In this document: one piece after another, positions 1-10,640 of the stretch
Position numbering within the stretch: the first letter of the stretch is position 1
Layout of the letters: each line of letters begins with the position of its first letter
Origin: an uncultured delta proteobacterium
GTDB taxonomy: Bacteria; Myxococcota_A; Polyangia; Haliangiales; Haliangiaceae
DNA length: 64,000 bases
Assembly: GCA_963848295.1 (NCBI GenBank)
Contig: CAWKDB010000011.1
Location: 256,001 to 320,000, forward strand
Direction: 5' to 3'
The notes under the pieces: model-generated
Database searches by the model: none
The model's input: the letters and a program-made list of their open reading frames with translations, nothing else
Told to the model about the DNA's origin: nothing
Program-made: the position numbers and the translations under genes

Positions 1-769
1 ACACGGTCACCGGGATGACGGCGTCCTCGAACTTGAACTCCGCGACCTCGACGAGCTTGCGGATCTTCTCGGCGAACTGCACCGCGTTGTAGCCGTCGAT
101 CTCGGGCAGGACGATCGCGAACTCCTCACCGCCGTAACGCGCGAGCACGTCTTCGCGGCGAATCCGCGTCTTGATCACCGAGGCGAGGTGCTTCAACACG
201 TGATCGCCGGCGAGGTGGCCGAAGCTGTCGTTCACGCCCTTGAACCGGTCGATATCGAACATGATCAGCGACAGGTCGCGGCGATAGCGCAGCGCGCGGC
301 CGATCTCGCGCTCGAGGGTCTCGACGAAGTAGCGCCGGTTGAACACCTGGGTGAGGCCATCGACCGTGGTCAGCCGATAGATCTCCTCGTGGTACGCGTT
401 CTCGATGTTGTTGCCGCTGAGGAACTTGAAGATGCAGCGGCCGACCTTGATGAAGTCGCCGTCGCGCAACACGTATTCGTCGATCATCTCGTCGTTGACG
501 TAGGTGCCGTTCGTCGACCCCATGTCGCGCAACATGATCGCGTTGCCGGTGTTGATGATCTTGCAGTGGTTGCGCGAGACCGCTTCCTGATCGATCTGGA
601 TATCGGCCTTGCTCGACCGGCCGATGATGATCTGGGGCCGGTTGAGGTTGAACTTCTTGCCGAGCTCCAGGCCGTAGATCACGACGAGGCACGCCTCTTT
701 GGCGACGGGGCGGTCGCTGATCTTGGAGATCGCGGTGACGACGGTCTTGTTGCGCCCGGTATCGCTCAC
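1..769 (-). CDS. FHA-domain diguanylate cyclase (GGDEF), truncated by window edge
   Basis: Not in the ORF track; translated by hand from GTG at 769: [16 protein letters not shown]...[23 protein letters not shown] (FHA G-R...S-R-x-H), then ...[14 protein letters not shown] (RxxD I-site and GGEEF). Confidence 0.92.
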   Translation of the reverse strand, partial: MSDTGRNKTVVTAISKISDRPVAKEACLVVIYGLELGKKFNLNRPQIIIGRSSKADIQIDQEAVSRNHCKIINTGNAIMLRDMGSTNGTYVNDEMIDEYVLRDGDFIKVGRCIFKFLSGNNIENAYHEEIYRLTTVDGLTQVFNRRYFVETLEREIGRALRYRRDLSLIMFDIDRFKGVNDSFGHLAGDHVLKHLASVIKTRIRREDVLARYGGEEFAIVLPEIDGYNAVQFAEKIRKLVEVAEFKFEDAVIPVTV

Positions 770-799
770 CCGCAGACGATCCTATCAGAAACCACGGAG

Positions 800-1306
800 T
801 TAGCGATCTCCGTCCGCGCAAACGAGGCGATCGTCGGCCGCGCGCTTACACAACAGCACGTCGACGATCTGATAACCCCCGCGCGTGAAGCGGTACGACT
901 GCAACAGCATGCGCCCGCCGTGTAGGTTCCAGTAGCCACGGACATCGCTCATGTTGTCATCGCCCTTGCTGGCGAGCGGCTCGAGCGCGGCCGCGGCGAA
1001 GGTCCCGGCGTAGCGCGCGCACTCGCCGGCAGCGTGAGGCGTCGTGAACACATTCCAGTAGCAGTTGCCGTCGCTGGCGCACATCGCGCGGTCCACGACG
1101 ATCACCTCCGCGAGGCCGTCGCCGTCGAGATCGCGATCGGCGTGCTCGAGCTCGGGCCGCGCCGAAATCACGCCATCGCGGGTTGGCGTGGCGCACGAGC
1201 CGACCTGAACCGACGGGGTCGGAAACGTCCGGGTGGTCGTACCCGTGCCTGCGTGGACGCACGCGCCGAGCGCGAACAACGCGCACGACCGCGCGAGCCT
1301 CTGCAT
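800..1306 (-). CDS. hypothetical lipoprotein
   Basis: Signal peptide with ALGAC lipobox-like motif, DLDGDG Ca-binding-like loop, paired Cys. Confidence 0.65.
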   Translation of the reverse strand: MQRLARSCALFALGACVHAGTGTTTRTFPTPSVQVGSCATPTRDGVISARPELEHADRDLDGDGLAEVIVVDRAMCASDGNCYWNVFTTPHAAGECARYAGTFAAAALEPLASKGDDNMSDVRGYWNLHGGRMLLQSYRFTRGGYQIVDVLLCKRAADDRLVCADGDR

Positions 1307-1371
1307 CGCGGTGAACCTACCTCGAAACGCTTGAAGATTCTTGTACTCGCGCGCGGATGACGCTACATCCC

Positions 1372-2745
1372 ATGGGCGTGAGGTACTACGCGTTGCTCGC
1401 CGGTGGAGCGCTGATCGCGGGGGCCGGCCTCGTGATCAGCTCGGGCGCGGGCCCAGGCCCGGCGGCGAAGATCAGCGACACCGCGATCGATCGCGCGCGG
1501 GAGACCGCGACGTTCGAGCGACTCGGGGATCCTGCACCGACCACGAGCGCGGGGGATCCGAAGGCCGGATCGCCGACGCCTGCGACGATCGAGATCGACC
1601 TCGAGAAGATGAGTCGGGACGGCGATCACTATGTCGCGCCCGCGGGAGACGGCCGGACCGCGATCCTGACGCTCGATCCCGAATTGCAAACGACCGCCGA
1701 GAAGTTGCTCGCCGAAGCCAGGGCGCCGCGCGCCGCGATCGTGGCGATGGCACCGGACGGACGCATCCTCGCGCTCGCCGGCTGGCGCGGCAAGGAGCCC
1801 AAGGGCGGCAAGGCCGGCGTCGCCGATTGGCACCTCGCGACCGAGGCGTGGGCGCCCGCGGCGTCGGTGTTCAAGCTCGTCACCGCGAGCGCGCTCGTCG
1901 GCGGCGGCGTGAACCCCGATGACAAGATCTGCTACCACGGTGGGATCCGGTCGATCGTCGAGTCGAACCTGCGCGACGACAAGCGCGACAACGCGTGCAA
2001 CAGCCTGACGTTCGGCGTCGCGCATTCGAACAACGCGATCCTCGGCAAGCTCGCATACCAGCACCTCGAGCCGGCCGCGCTCGATCAGCTCGCGCATCAG
2101 ATGCTGGCGCCGCCGCCCGCGACGCTGGGCTTTGCCGCGACCAGCGCCGAGCTCACCTTGCCCGCGCAGAAAGACCTCACGTTCGCGCAGGCGGCCGCGG
2201 GCTTCAACGGCGTGAAGCTGTCCGCGCTCGGCGGTGCGCTGCTCGCCGCGACCTTCGCCGATGACGGCGAGCAACCCGAGCCGCGGATCATCGACTCGAT
2301 CGTCGACGGTCGGGGCGTGCACCCGGCCGGCGGCGCCGCCGAAGGGCGACGCGACGGGATCGATGCGACCGGCTCGCACGCGCAGAGCTCGGCGCCGGCC
2401 CACCACCTGCTCGCGTCCGACGTCGCGAAGGCGGTCGGCAAGATGATGGTCGGCACGTGCGACTTCGGAAGCGCCGCGCGGTCGTTTCGGCGCGCCGCGG
2501 TCAAGGTCGCCGGCAAGACCGGGACGCTGACCACGACCCAGCCGTTCTACATGGAGAACTCGTGGTTCGTCGGCTACGCGCCTGCGGACAAGCCAGAGAT
2601 CATCGTGTCGGTCGTGCTCGGCAATCCCGAGAACTGGCACCTACGCGGCCGCGAGGCCGCGAAGCGCTTGCTGGATCATGCCGTTCGTCGTGCGGAACGC
2701 GACACCGAGTCCGTGGCCGGCAAGCCGCTGCCGTCGAATCAATGA
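1372..2745 (+). CDS. penicillin-binding protein, transpeptidase domain
   Basis: N-terminal TM segment; SxxK (ASVFK), SxN (HSNN) and KTG (GKTGT) motifs; WFVGYAP. Start could be 1357. Confidence 0.88.
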   Translation: MGVRYYALLAGGALIAGAGLVISSGAGPGPAAKISDTAIDRARETATFERLGDPAPTTSAGDPKAGSPTPATIEIDLEKMSRDGDHYVAPAGDGRTAILTLDPELQTTAEKLLAEARAPRAAIVAMAPDGRILALAGWRGKEPKGGKAGVADWHLATEAWAPAASVFKLVTASALVGGGVNPDDKICYHGGIRSIVESNLRDDKRDNACNSLTFGVAHSNNAILGKLAYQHLEPAALDQLAHQMLAPPPATLGFAATSAELTLPAQKDLTFAQAAAGFNGVKLSALGGALLAATFADDGEQPEPRIIDSIVDGRGVHPAGGAAEGRRDGIDATGSHAQSSAPAHHLLASDVAKAVGKMMVGTCDFGSAARSFRRAAVKVAGKTGTLTTTQPFYMENSWFVGYAPADKPEIIVSVVLGNPENWHLRGREAAKRLLDHAVRRAERDTESVAGKPLPSNQ

Positions 2746-2775
2746 TATATTTTTGGGGTCGTCCCGGGAGGAATC

Positions 2776-3963
2776 ATGTCTAGGCTAACTATCGGCGTCG
2801 TGCTGGCGGTGTCGCTCGCGAGCCACGTCGTTCTCGCAGAATCGCAGGCCGAGATCGCGGCGAGAGAGAACGATGAGGGCAAGGAGCTGATGTTCGCGAC
2901 CAAGTACCCGGACGCCAGCGCGAAGTTCCGCGACGCGGTCGCTCGCGTCCCCGAGGCGGGTTACTTCTTCAACCTGTGCACGTCGCTCTACCAAGAGGGC
3001 AAGTTCGGCGAGGCGCTGACCGCGTGTAACTCCGCGGTCCAGAACAACGCCGACGAAAAGCTCAAGGACAAGACCGCGAAGCTGGTCCAGAAGATCAAGG
3101 ACACCGCCGCGGCACAGCACGTCGATCTGCAACCGGCCGGCGGCGGCGGCGGCGACCCTAACGTCGGCACGCCGGACCCCAACACCGGCAACCCGACGAC
3201 CGGCACGCCGGATCCCAACACCGGCAACCCGACCGGTACGCCGGGTCCCAACACCGGCAACCCGACGACCGGCACGCCGGTCACCGGCGCGGCGGCTGGC
3301 GCGTACGGCGTGGGTCGGCCTCCGGAAGGATCGGTGATCGCGGCCGGCCCGCCGGAGCACGCGTACACCTGGACGCTCGGCTTCGACCTCCTCGGCGGCG
3401 TCGGTCAGATCGGCGCGAAGAACTTCTACGGCCAGATCGCCGGCGGCTTCCGGATCAAGGGCGACTACATGCTGATCCCCGCCGCGAAGCTCGGCGGCGA
3501 GCTCTACCTCCAGTACCAGCACCTCGCCGCGAGCAACCAGCAGGTGGTTCAGCAGGGCGGCGCCTATGACCTCGACGTGATCGACGTCGGCGTCGCGGCG
3601 TACAAGCACCTCTGTCTGCCCAGTGTACAGCGGCTGTGCCTGACCCCGCTCGTCGGCGCGCAGCTGGCGCTGCTCAGCCCGGCGGACTCGACCGACAGCA
3701 CCGGCAGCCAGGTGTTCAACTACGCCGCGATCGGTGGCCGCGCTCAGATCACCGCGGACATCGCGTTCGGCCGGCACTACGAGCACGTGTTCTCCGCCGG
3801 CCTAGGCGTCAACGTGTATTCCGCGTCGCTGTCGAGCCCGAGCGACGCTAGCGCGATGTCGGTGGGCCTCGACCAGCCCGGTGCGATCGCGTTCCTGTCG
3901 CTGGGCTACACGTATCGGTTCAATACGCCGCTCGGCCGGGCCCCGTTCATCATTCTCGAATAG
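2776..3963 (+). CDS. secreted TPR protein with G/T/P/N-rich linker and probable C-terminal beta-barrel
   Basis: Signal peptide, TPR-like helices, GTPDPNTGNPTT repeats, amphipathic beta-strands ending LSLGYTYRF. Confidence 0.65.
   Translation: MSRLTIGVVLAVSLASHVVLAESQAEIAARENDEGKELMFATKYPDASAKFRDAVARVPEAGYFFNLCTSLYQEGKFGEALTACNSAVQNNADEKLKDKTAKLVQKIKDTAAAQHVDLQPAGGGGGDPNVGTPDPNTGNPTTGTPDPNTGNPTGTPGPNTGNPTTGTPVTGAAAGAYGVGRPPEGSVIAAGPPEHAYTWTLGFDLLGGVGQIGAKNFYGQIAGGFRIKGDYMLIPAAKLGGELYLQYQHLAASNQQVVQQGGAYDLDVIDVGVAAYKHLCLPSVQRLCLTPLVGAQLALLSPADSTDSTGSQVFNYAAIGGRAQITADIAFGRHYEHVFSAGLGVNVYSASLSSPSDASAMSVGLDQPGAIAFLSLGYTYRFNTPLGRAPFIILE
3166..3279 (+). repeat. coding tandem repeat, 3 x ~36 nt (GTPDPNTGNPTT)
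   Basis: Units of GGCACGCCGGA(C/T)CCCAACACCGGCAACCCGACGACC at 3166, 3202 and 3235. Confidence 0.85.
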
Positions 3964-4051
3964 CCGCGCCGCGCAAAGATCTCGCGCGCGGACTCGGGTA
4001 TCGTCTTTACGCGTTGCAGCAAGTGCAGCGCGTACGACGGGAGTACACGCC

Positions 4052-5342
<1,291 letters not shown>

Positions 5343-5345
5343 AGC

Positions 5346-5951
5346 TCACTTGGCCGCGTGGCACGGCCCCGGCGGCTTCACGTTCTCGGCGTACTCGCCA
5401 TCGACGTTTCCCGCCGGGTCGTACTCGCACACGTAGATCTCGTTGCCGTTGCACTGCGAGTGGCCACACCCGACGTGGGTCGTCGCGCGCCACACGAGCT
5501 GCGTGAAGTGGCCGGTCTTCATCGAGAACCCGCCGTTCGGAAAGCGATAGAGCTTTTCCTCGTCGGCCCACATCGCGACGCTGCTCGCTTCATCGAGCGC
5601 TCCGAATGTTCCAGCCGCCAGGTTCTCACCAGTACCGCCATTGCTGTGTTGAAAGATGCACCCTGCATGCGCGAGGTGGTCGGCCCACTGCTTCGCCCGC
5701 GCGGTCAGCGGTTTCGACCACCTCAGCGGTGGGGCGCAGTGGGCTTCGCGCACGCGATTGTGCGCGTCGAGGAACTGTTGTTGCGAACTATCGAGCTGTT
5801 GTGGCGCCGGATCGGACGTCGGGTGCGATTGCGGGGGCGGAAGCGGTCCACCAGCATGCGGCGAGGATGCGGCGGGCGCCGGTTCAGTCGCCGGATAAAT
5901 CGGGCCACACGCGACCACCAGCGCAAGCGCCAGTCCTAGTTTCACACCCAT
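5346..5951 (-). CDS. CAP (SCP/PR-1) domain lipoprotein
   Basis: VVAC lipobox, HNRVR, GENLA, GHFTQLVW, VGCG, CEYDPAGN. Confidence 0.9.
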   Translation of the reverse strand: MGVKLGLALALVVACGPIYPATEPAPAASSPHAGGPLPPPQSHPTSDPAPQQLDSSQQQFLDAHNRVREAHCAPPLRWSKPLTARAKQWADHLAHAGCIFQHSNGGTGENLAAGTFGALDEASSVAMWADEEKLYRFPNGGFSMKTGHFTQLVWRATTHVGCGHSQCNGNEIYVCEYDPAGNVDGEYAENVKPPGPCHAAK

Positions 5952-6011
5952 CGGGTCAAGGGTAGCGCACCGCTTGCAACTCGCGCGGCTGCGAGCCAAA
6001 GTCTGCCACTC

Positions 6012-6428
6012 ATGCGCCCCACCGTCGCCGAACCGTTGTCGCTTGCGGTGACCGAAGGGATTCGCGTCCGGGTCGCGTCGCTGTACCTGCCGGACCAGTC
6101 GTCGCCGCGTGACGACCGTTACGTCTTCGCCTACACGATCACGATCTCGAACGAGAGCGCGCGCACCGCGCAGCTCCGCACCCGGCACTGGGTGATCACC
6201 GATGGCCGCGGCGTGATCGAAGAGGTGCGCGGCGACGGCGTGGTCGGCGAGCAACCGCGGCTGCAGCCTGGCCAGACGTTCCAGTACACCTCGGGCTGCG
6301 TGTTGACGACGCCGATCGGCACGATGCATGGGACCTATCGGATGTGGCGCGACGACGGGACGTTCTTCGACGCCGAGATCGCGACGTTTTCGCTCGCGTC
6401 TCCGGCGCGGACGGACGATCTCAACTAA
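6012..6428 (+). CDS. apaG: ApaG protein
   Basis: YVFAYTITISN, QLRTRHWVITD, VRGDGVVGEQP, FQYTSG, GTMHGTY. Confidence 0.95.
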   Translation: MRPTVAEPLSLAVTEGIRVRVASLYLPDQSSPRDDRYVFAYTITISNESARTAQLRTRHWVITDGRGVIEEVRGDGVVGEQPRLQPGQTFQYTSGCVLTTPIGTMHGTYRMWRDDGTFFDAEIATFSLASPARTDDLN

Positions 6429-6526
6429 GCCGCCGTTTACGAGGCCGAATCGGGCGGTTGCCGCCCCCGACATGTAGGCAACAATTTCGCCAAGCCTTGG
6501 CGTAGGCTGTGCGTCTATATCCCGAG

Positions 6527-7186
6527 ATGACGAACGCTGAGCGCGAAGCATCGACCGCGACCGCCCTGGTGGCGGCGGCGAAGGCCGGCGACCAGCGGTC
6601 GTTCGAAGCGCTCGTTCGCCGCTATCGCAAGCGGATCTACGCGCTCGCGCTGCACATCACCGGCTCGGCCAGCGAGGCGGACGACATCGCGCAAGAAGTG
6701 TTCTTGAAGGCGTTCCGCGCCCTCGCTCAGTTTGAAGGCCGCAGCCAGTTCTTCACTTGGGTGTATCGGATGACCGTGAATCGGTCGCTCAACTCGCGCC
6801 GCGATTCGGCGCGCCGCGGCGAAGGCTCGCTCGATGATCCTCGGCTCGAGCTCGCCGTCGCGGTCGATGCGCGGGGCAACCCGGGCCTCGAAGCCGAGCT
6901 GCGCCAGACCTACTCTCGCCTGCTGCGCGCGCTCGACTCGTTGCCCGGCGACATGCGGACGACCGTGATCCTCGTCGCGTTGCAGGGGCTGTCGCACGGT
7001 GAAGCCGGGGTCGTGCAGAAGGTCAGCGAAGGCACGATCGGCTGGCGCATGCACGAAGCGCGAAAGCGGCTGCATGCAGCGATGGAGCCGGAGCGGCTGC
7101 ACCGCAAGCGCGGCCAGCTGTCCGCCGAGCTCGCGCGCGTGCTGACCGAGCACGGCTTGCCGCTGCTCGATCCTGCGAAAGCTTGA
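6527..7186 (+). CDS. ECF RNA polymerase sigma factor
   Basis: Region 2 (ADDIAQEVFLKAF...FEGRSQFFTWVYR) and region 4 HTH. Start could be 6509. Confidence 0.9.
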   Translation: MTNAEREASTATALVAAAKAGDQRSFEALVRRYRKRIYALALHITGSASEADDIAQEVFLKAFRALAQFEGRSQFFTWVYRMTVNRSLNSRRDSARRGEGSLDDPRLELAVAVDARGNPGLEAELRQTYSRLLRALDSLPGDMRTTVILVALQGLSHGEAGVVQKVSEGTIGWRMHEARKRLHAAMEPERLHRKRGQLSAELARVLTEHGLPLLDPAKA

Positions 7187-7202
7187 CGTAGCGCGCCCGC
7201 AC

Positions 7203-7862
7203 TCACCCCATCGGCTCGTTGGGACCGCCGCGCTCGACCGCGCGCAGGTACGCCGGCCGGGCGTGGACGCGCGCGACCCAGGCGGCGATCCGCTCCGGCG
7301 CGTTCGGCGTCCGCGCCGCGAGCGCCTCCATCGGGTACAACATCTGGACGTCCGCGCCGGTCGGCTCCTCGCCCGCAAACCACGCGGACTTCGCGAGCTC
7401 GCCGTCGACGAACGCGGCGTGGCGCTCGAGGTTTGGCGTGATCGCGATGGTCTCGACCTTCGACGCGATCCCCTTCGCGATCGGCCGCACTGGCCACGGC
7501 GCCTTGCGCACCCGGCCGAACACCAGCGCGAGCAAGAGATACGGCATCAGCGAGCCTTCGGCGTAATGCAGGAAGTAGCGGTAGCGCATGAGCTCGGGCG
7601 TCCCGGGCGCGGGTCTCCACTTGCCGGCGCCGTAGGTTTCGACGAGGTACTCGATGATCGCGCCGCTCTCCGCGATCGTCTTGCCGTCGTCGGTGACGAC
7701 CGGCGACTTGCCGAGCGGATGAATCGCCTCGAGGCTCTTCGGCGCGAGCATCGTCTTGGGATCGCGCTCGTACTTCGCGAGCTCGTACGGCACGCCGAGC
7801 TCTTCGAGGAGCCACAGCACGCGTTGCGAGCGCGAGTTGTTGAGGTGGTGGACGGTGAGCAT
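7203..7862 (-). CDS. glutathione S-transferase
   Basis: MLTVHHLNNSRSQRVLWLLEEL, HPLGKSPV, ESGAIIEYL. Confidence 0.93.
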   Translation of the reverse strand: MLTVHHLNNSRSQRVLWLLEELGVPYELAKYERDPKTMLAPKSLEAIHPLGKSPVVTDDGKTIAESGAIIEYLVETYGAGKWRPAPGTPELMRYRYFLHYAEGSLMPYLLLALVFGRVRKAPWPVRPIAKGIASKVETIAITPNLERHAAFVDGELAKSAWFAGEEPTGADVQMLYPMEALAARTPNAPERIAAWVARVHARPAYLRAVERGGPNEPMG

Positions 7863-7920
7863 GCCGCAACTGTCGCACGTCCTCTTGCGCCCGCATGCGC
7901 GGCCCGCCAGGATGCGGCGT

Positions 7921-8373
7921 ATGCCAGGCAAGACGCCGACGCGATCGCCGACACACGAGGACATCGACCTCGGCCGACTCGCGTCGATGGGGCTCGAGGT
8001 CGAGGAGCTCGGCGATGGCGAGACCGTCGTCTTGGCCGCGATGGTCGAGCTCGCCGAAGATCGCGGTCGGCCGACGAGCCACTACCTCGCGGCGATTCCG
8101 CTCGCGACCGAGCTCCGGCTCGCCGCGCCGGCGACAGCCACGATGACGATCAAGGTGTGCGCCGGGACGTGCCAGCGCTGGGGTGCGCTCGACCTGCTCG
8201 ATCATCTCGCGACCCGCGCCGCGACCGACACGCGGTTCGCGATCGCGCCGGTGACGTGCCTGGATCGCTGCGATCAAGCCCCGGCGTGCGAAGTCCACGG
8301 CGCGCACGGCCAGCTCGTGGTCGCGCCGGCGACCGTGGCTGCGCTCGACGAAGCGTTGGCGGCGCTCGGGTAA
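7921..8373 (+). CDS. small NuoE/thioredoxin-like [2Fe-2S] ferredoxin-domain protein
   Basis: IKVCAGTC...VTCLDRCDQAP Cys pattern. Confidence 0.65.
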   Translation: MPGKTPTRSPTHEDIDLGRLASMGLEVEELGDGETVVLAAMVELAEDRGRPTSHYLAAIPLATELRLAAPATATMTIKVCAGTCQRWGALDLLDHLATRAATDTRFAIAPVTCLDRCDQAPACEVHGAHGQLVVAPATVAALDEALAALG

Positions 8374-8387
8374 CGCGGTCGCGGCGG

Positions 8388-9839
8388 CTACGGGCACGTG
8401 ACGAGCACGCGTTCGGGAATCGTGTTCGAGGTCGTCGTCGTGTCGCCGACCTCGCCGAACTGATTGTCGCCCCAGCACCACAGCGAGCCGTCACGGGTCA
8501 GCGCGCACGCGTGAAACTTGCCGACGGCCATCTGAGTGACCCCGGTCAGGTACGTCGGCGTCGGCGTCGTGACGTCGACCGGATCGGTGCTCCCGATGCC
8601 GGCCTCACCGCTGCCGTTCGCGCCCCAGCACTGCAGGTCGCCGTTCGACCCGGTCAGACACACCGTGTCGGCGGTCGGCCCGCCGAACAGCCCGGTCGCG
8701 CTCGTCAAGCTCACCGGCGTCTCGCTGTTGCTCGAGTCGTTACCGGCGAGGCCGAAGATCCCGTCGGCGCCGTTGCCCCAGCACCAGACGTCGTCGGGTT
8801 GGGCCAGGACACATCCGGTCTCGTCGTCGGTGACGAGCTGCGAGACATCCCCGAACCCGGCGATCGCCACCGGCGTGATGCTCTGAGCCGTGCCGCCGGT
8901 CGCGAGCTCGCCGAGTTGGTTGCCGCCCCAGCACCACGCGCTGAGGTCGTCCTTGGCGAGACAGCTGAAGTCGTCGCCGACCTCGACGTCCAACACGTGG
9001 TTCGTGAAGTCCGGGCTCGAGCCGGTGATGATCAACGGGCCAGGGACATTCGGCAGCATCGTGAAGTCTTGTCCGGCTTGACCGCCTTGGCCGCCGGTCG
9101 TGTTCTCGCCCCAGCAGTAGACGTCGCCGTCGGCGCCAATCGCGCACGTGTGCTCGCCGCCCGCGGACAGCGTCTTGGCGACGTTGCCGCTCGGCAGCAT
9201 CGCGACGAATGGCGCTGCGGGGATCGCACACGCCGGCGTCGCGCCCGCGGTCCACGCCGGGACTTGCAGCGCCCGCGTGCTCTTCGTTATCGTGCCGGCG
9301 CATTGGCCCAGGTTCGACGCGTCGTTGATGCCCCAGCAGTACACCGTGCCATCGCTGATCAGCGCGCACGCGTGCTGCTCGGCCGCGGTGACCGAGATCG
9401 CGGGCAGGCTCGTCGGATCGGGCAGGCCGAGTACCCGGGCCGGCACCAGCCGCATCGTCGTCGTGCCATCGCCGAGCTCGCCGTCGGCGTTGTTACCCCA
9501 ACACCACACGGTGCCGTCGCTGCGCACGAAGCACGAGAACTGGACACCGACCGCGATCGACGACACGCAGCTGGTCGCGCCCGCGCCGACACACGAGTTG
9601 GCGAGTCCGGCGCCGGCGCTCGAGTCGTAGCGCTCGTTCGAATCGGTGCAGCTCGAGTCCGGGAAGCTGCAGTACTCGCTCGCCTCGCAGATCCCCTGCG
9701 TGCCGTCGCTGTCGATGCACTGCGCGTTCGACAAGCACAGGTAGCCCGGCGCGCTGTCACAGCCGCAAGCCGCGGCGAGCGCGACCAGCGCCGCTAGCAT
9801 CCGCGATGTCGAGGCTCGGTCCACGATACTCCTGTTCAT
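8388..9839 (-). CDS. RCC1-repeat (beta-propeller) lipoprotein
   Basis: Repeated H(T/A)CA...DG.V.CWG.N..G.LG motifs; Cys-rich N-terminus. Confidence 0.88.
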   Translation of the reverse strand: MNRSIVDRASTSRMLAALVALAAACGCDSAPGYLCLSNAQCIDSDGTQGICEASEYCSFPDSSCTDSNERYDSSAGAGLANSCVGAGATSCVSSIAVGVQFSCFVRSDGTVWCWGNNADGELGDGTTTMRLVPARVLGLPDPTSLPAISVTAAEQHACALISDGTVYCWGINDASNLGQCAGTITKSTRALQVPAWTAGATPACAIPAAPFVAMLPSGNVAKTLSAGGEHTCAIGADGDVYCWGENTTGGQGGQAGQDFTMLPNVPGPLIITGSSPDFTNHVLDVEVGDDFSCLAKDDLSAWCWGGNQLGELATGGTAQSITPVAIAGFGDVSQLVTDDETGCVLAQPDDVWCWGNGADGIFGLAGNDSSNSETPVSLTSATGLFGGPTADTVCLTGSNGDLQCWGANGSGEAGIGSTDPVDVTTPTPTYLTGVTQMAVGKFHACALTRDGSLWCWGDNQFGEVGDTTTTSNTIPERVLVTCP

Positions 9840-10630
9840 TAGAATCGCCGGCTGAGCGCGACCGCGAAGCCGCCGCGCGTGGGCGTCACGTCGATCGCGG
9901 CGTGCTCGGAGCGCGCGTGATGGCCGGCAACGGCGTAGTGCACGATCGCGCCGACGAGCAGCAGCGCACCGCCACCGGCGGTGATGAGGCCGATCGCCTG
10001 ATCGGTCTGGCCGGTGTGCAGCCGCGACTTGTATTGCGCGGTGGTGGCAGCCGACGTCGAATCGTCGACCTTGGAGTTGCCCTCGTAGAACACGACGGCA
10101 CCGACCGCGACCGCAGCGATCGCGCCGCCGAGCAAGATGTCACCGACCCGATCGTCAGTCCAGCTAGGCCCGGGTCGCGGTTTCGCCGGTACGATCGTGC
10201 GTACACGCTTGTCGTCGACCGGCGGCGGCGCGGTCTTCGCGGCGGTGGCCTCGGCCTTGGCCTTGGCCTGGTCGACCTTTGCCTCGCACTCTTTGGCCAG
10301 CGCCTGCACCGCCTCGATCTGCTTCGGTGTCGCCTCGCGCATGAACGCGTGAAACGACATCAGCGCGCCGGCGCAATCACCGCTCAGGCGCTGCGCCTGA
10401 CCGAGCGCGAACACGTACTCCTGCTTCGGCTCGCCTTCGTACGCGGCCTTGAGCTCGCGGATCGCGGTCGGCCAGTCCTGGACGTTGTAGGCGACCATCG
10501 CGCGGTCGTAGTGATCCTTCGCGGTGGCCGCGACGTCCCCGCCCGGCGCCGGCCCGTCGGCGTGCGAACGGGTCGCGGCTGCACCGACGAGCACGGACGC
10601 GAATCCGAAGACAAGGACCTTGCTGCTCAT
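9839..10630 (-). CDS. secreted TPR protein with C-terminal hydrophobic segments
   Basis: Signal peptide, TPR (AKDHYDRAMVAY...LGQAQRLSGDC), ends GGFAVALSRRF. Confidence 0.75.
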   Translation of the reverse strand: MSSKVLVFGFASVLVGAAATRSHADGPAPGGDVAATAKDHYDRAMVAYNVQDWPTAIRELKAAYEGEPKQEYVFALGQAQRLSGDCAGALMSFHAFMREATPKQIEAVQALAKECEAKVDQAKAKAEATAAKTAPPPVDDKRVRTIVPAKPRPGPSWTDDRVGDILLGGAIAAVAVGAVVFYEGNSKVDDSTSAATTAQYKSRLHTGQTDQAIGLITAGGGALLLVGAIVHYAVAGHHARSEHAAIDVTPTRGGFAVALSRRF

Positions 10631-10640
10631 GAGGACTGCT

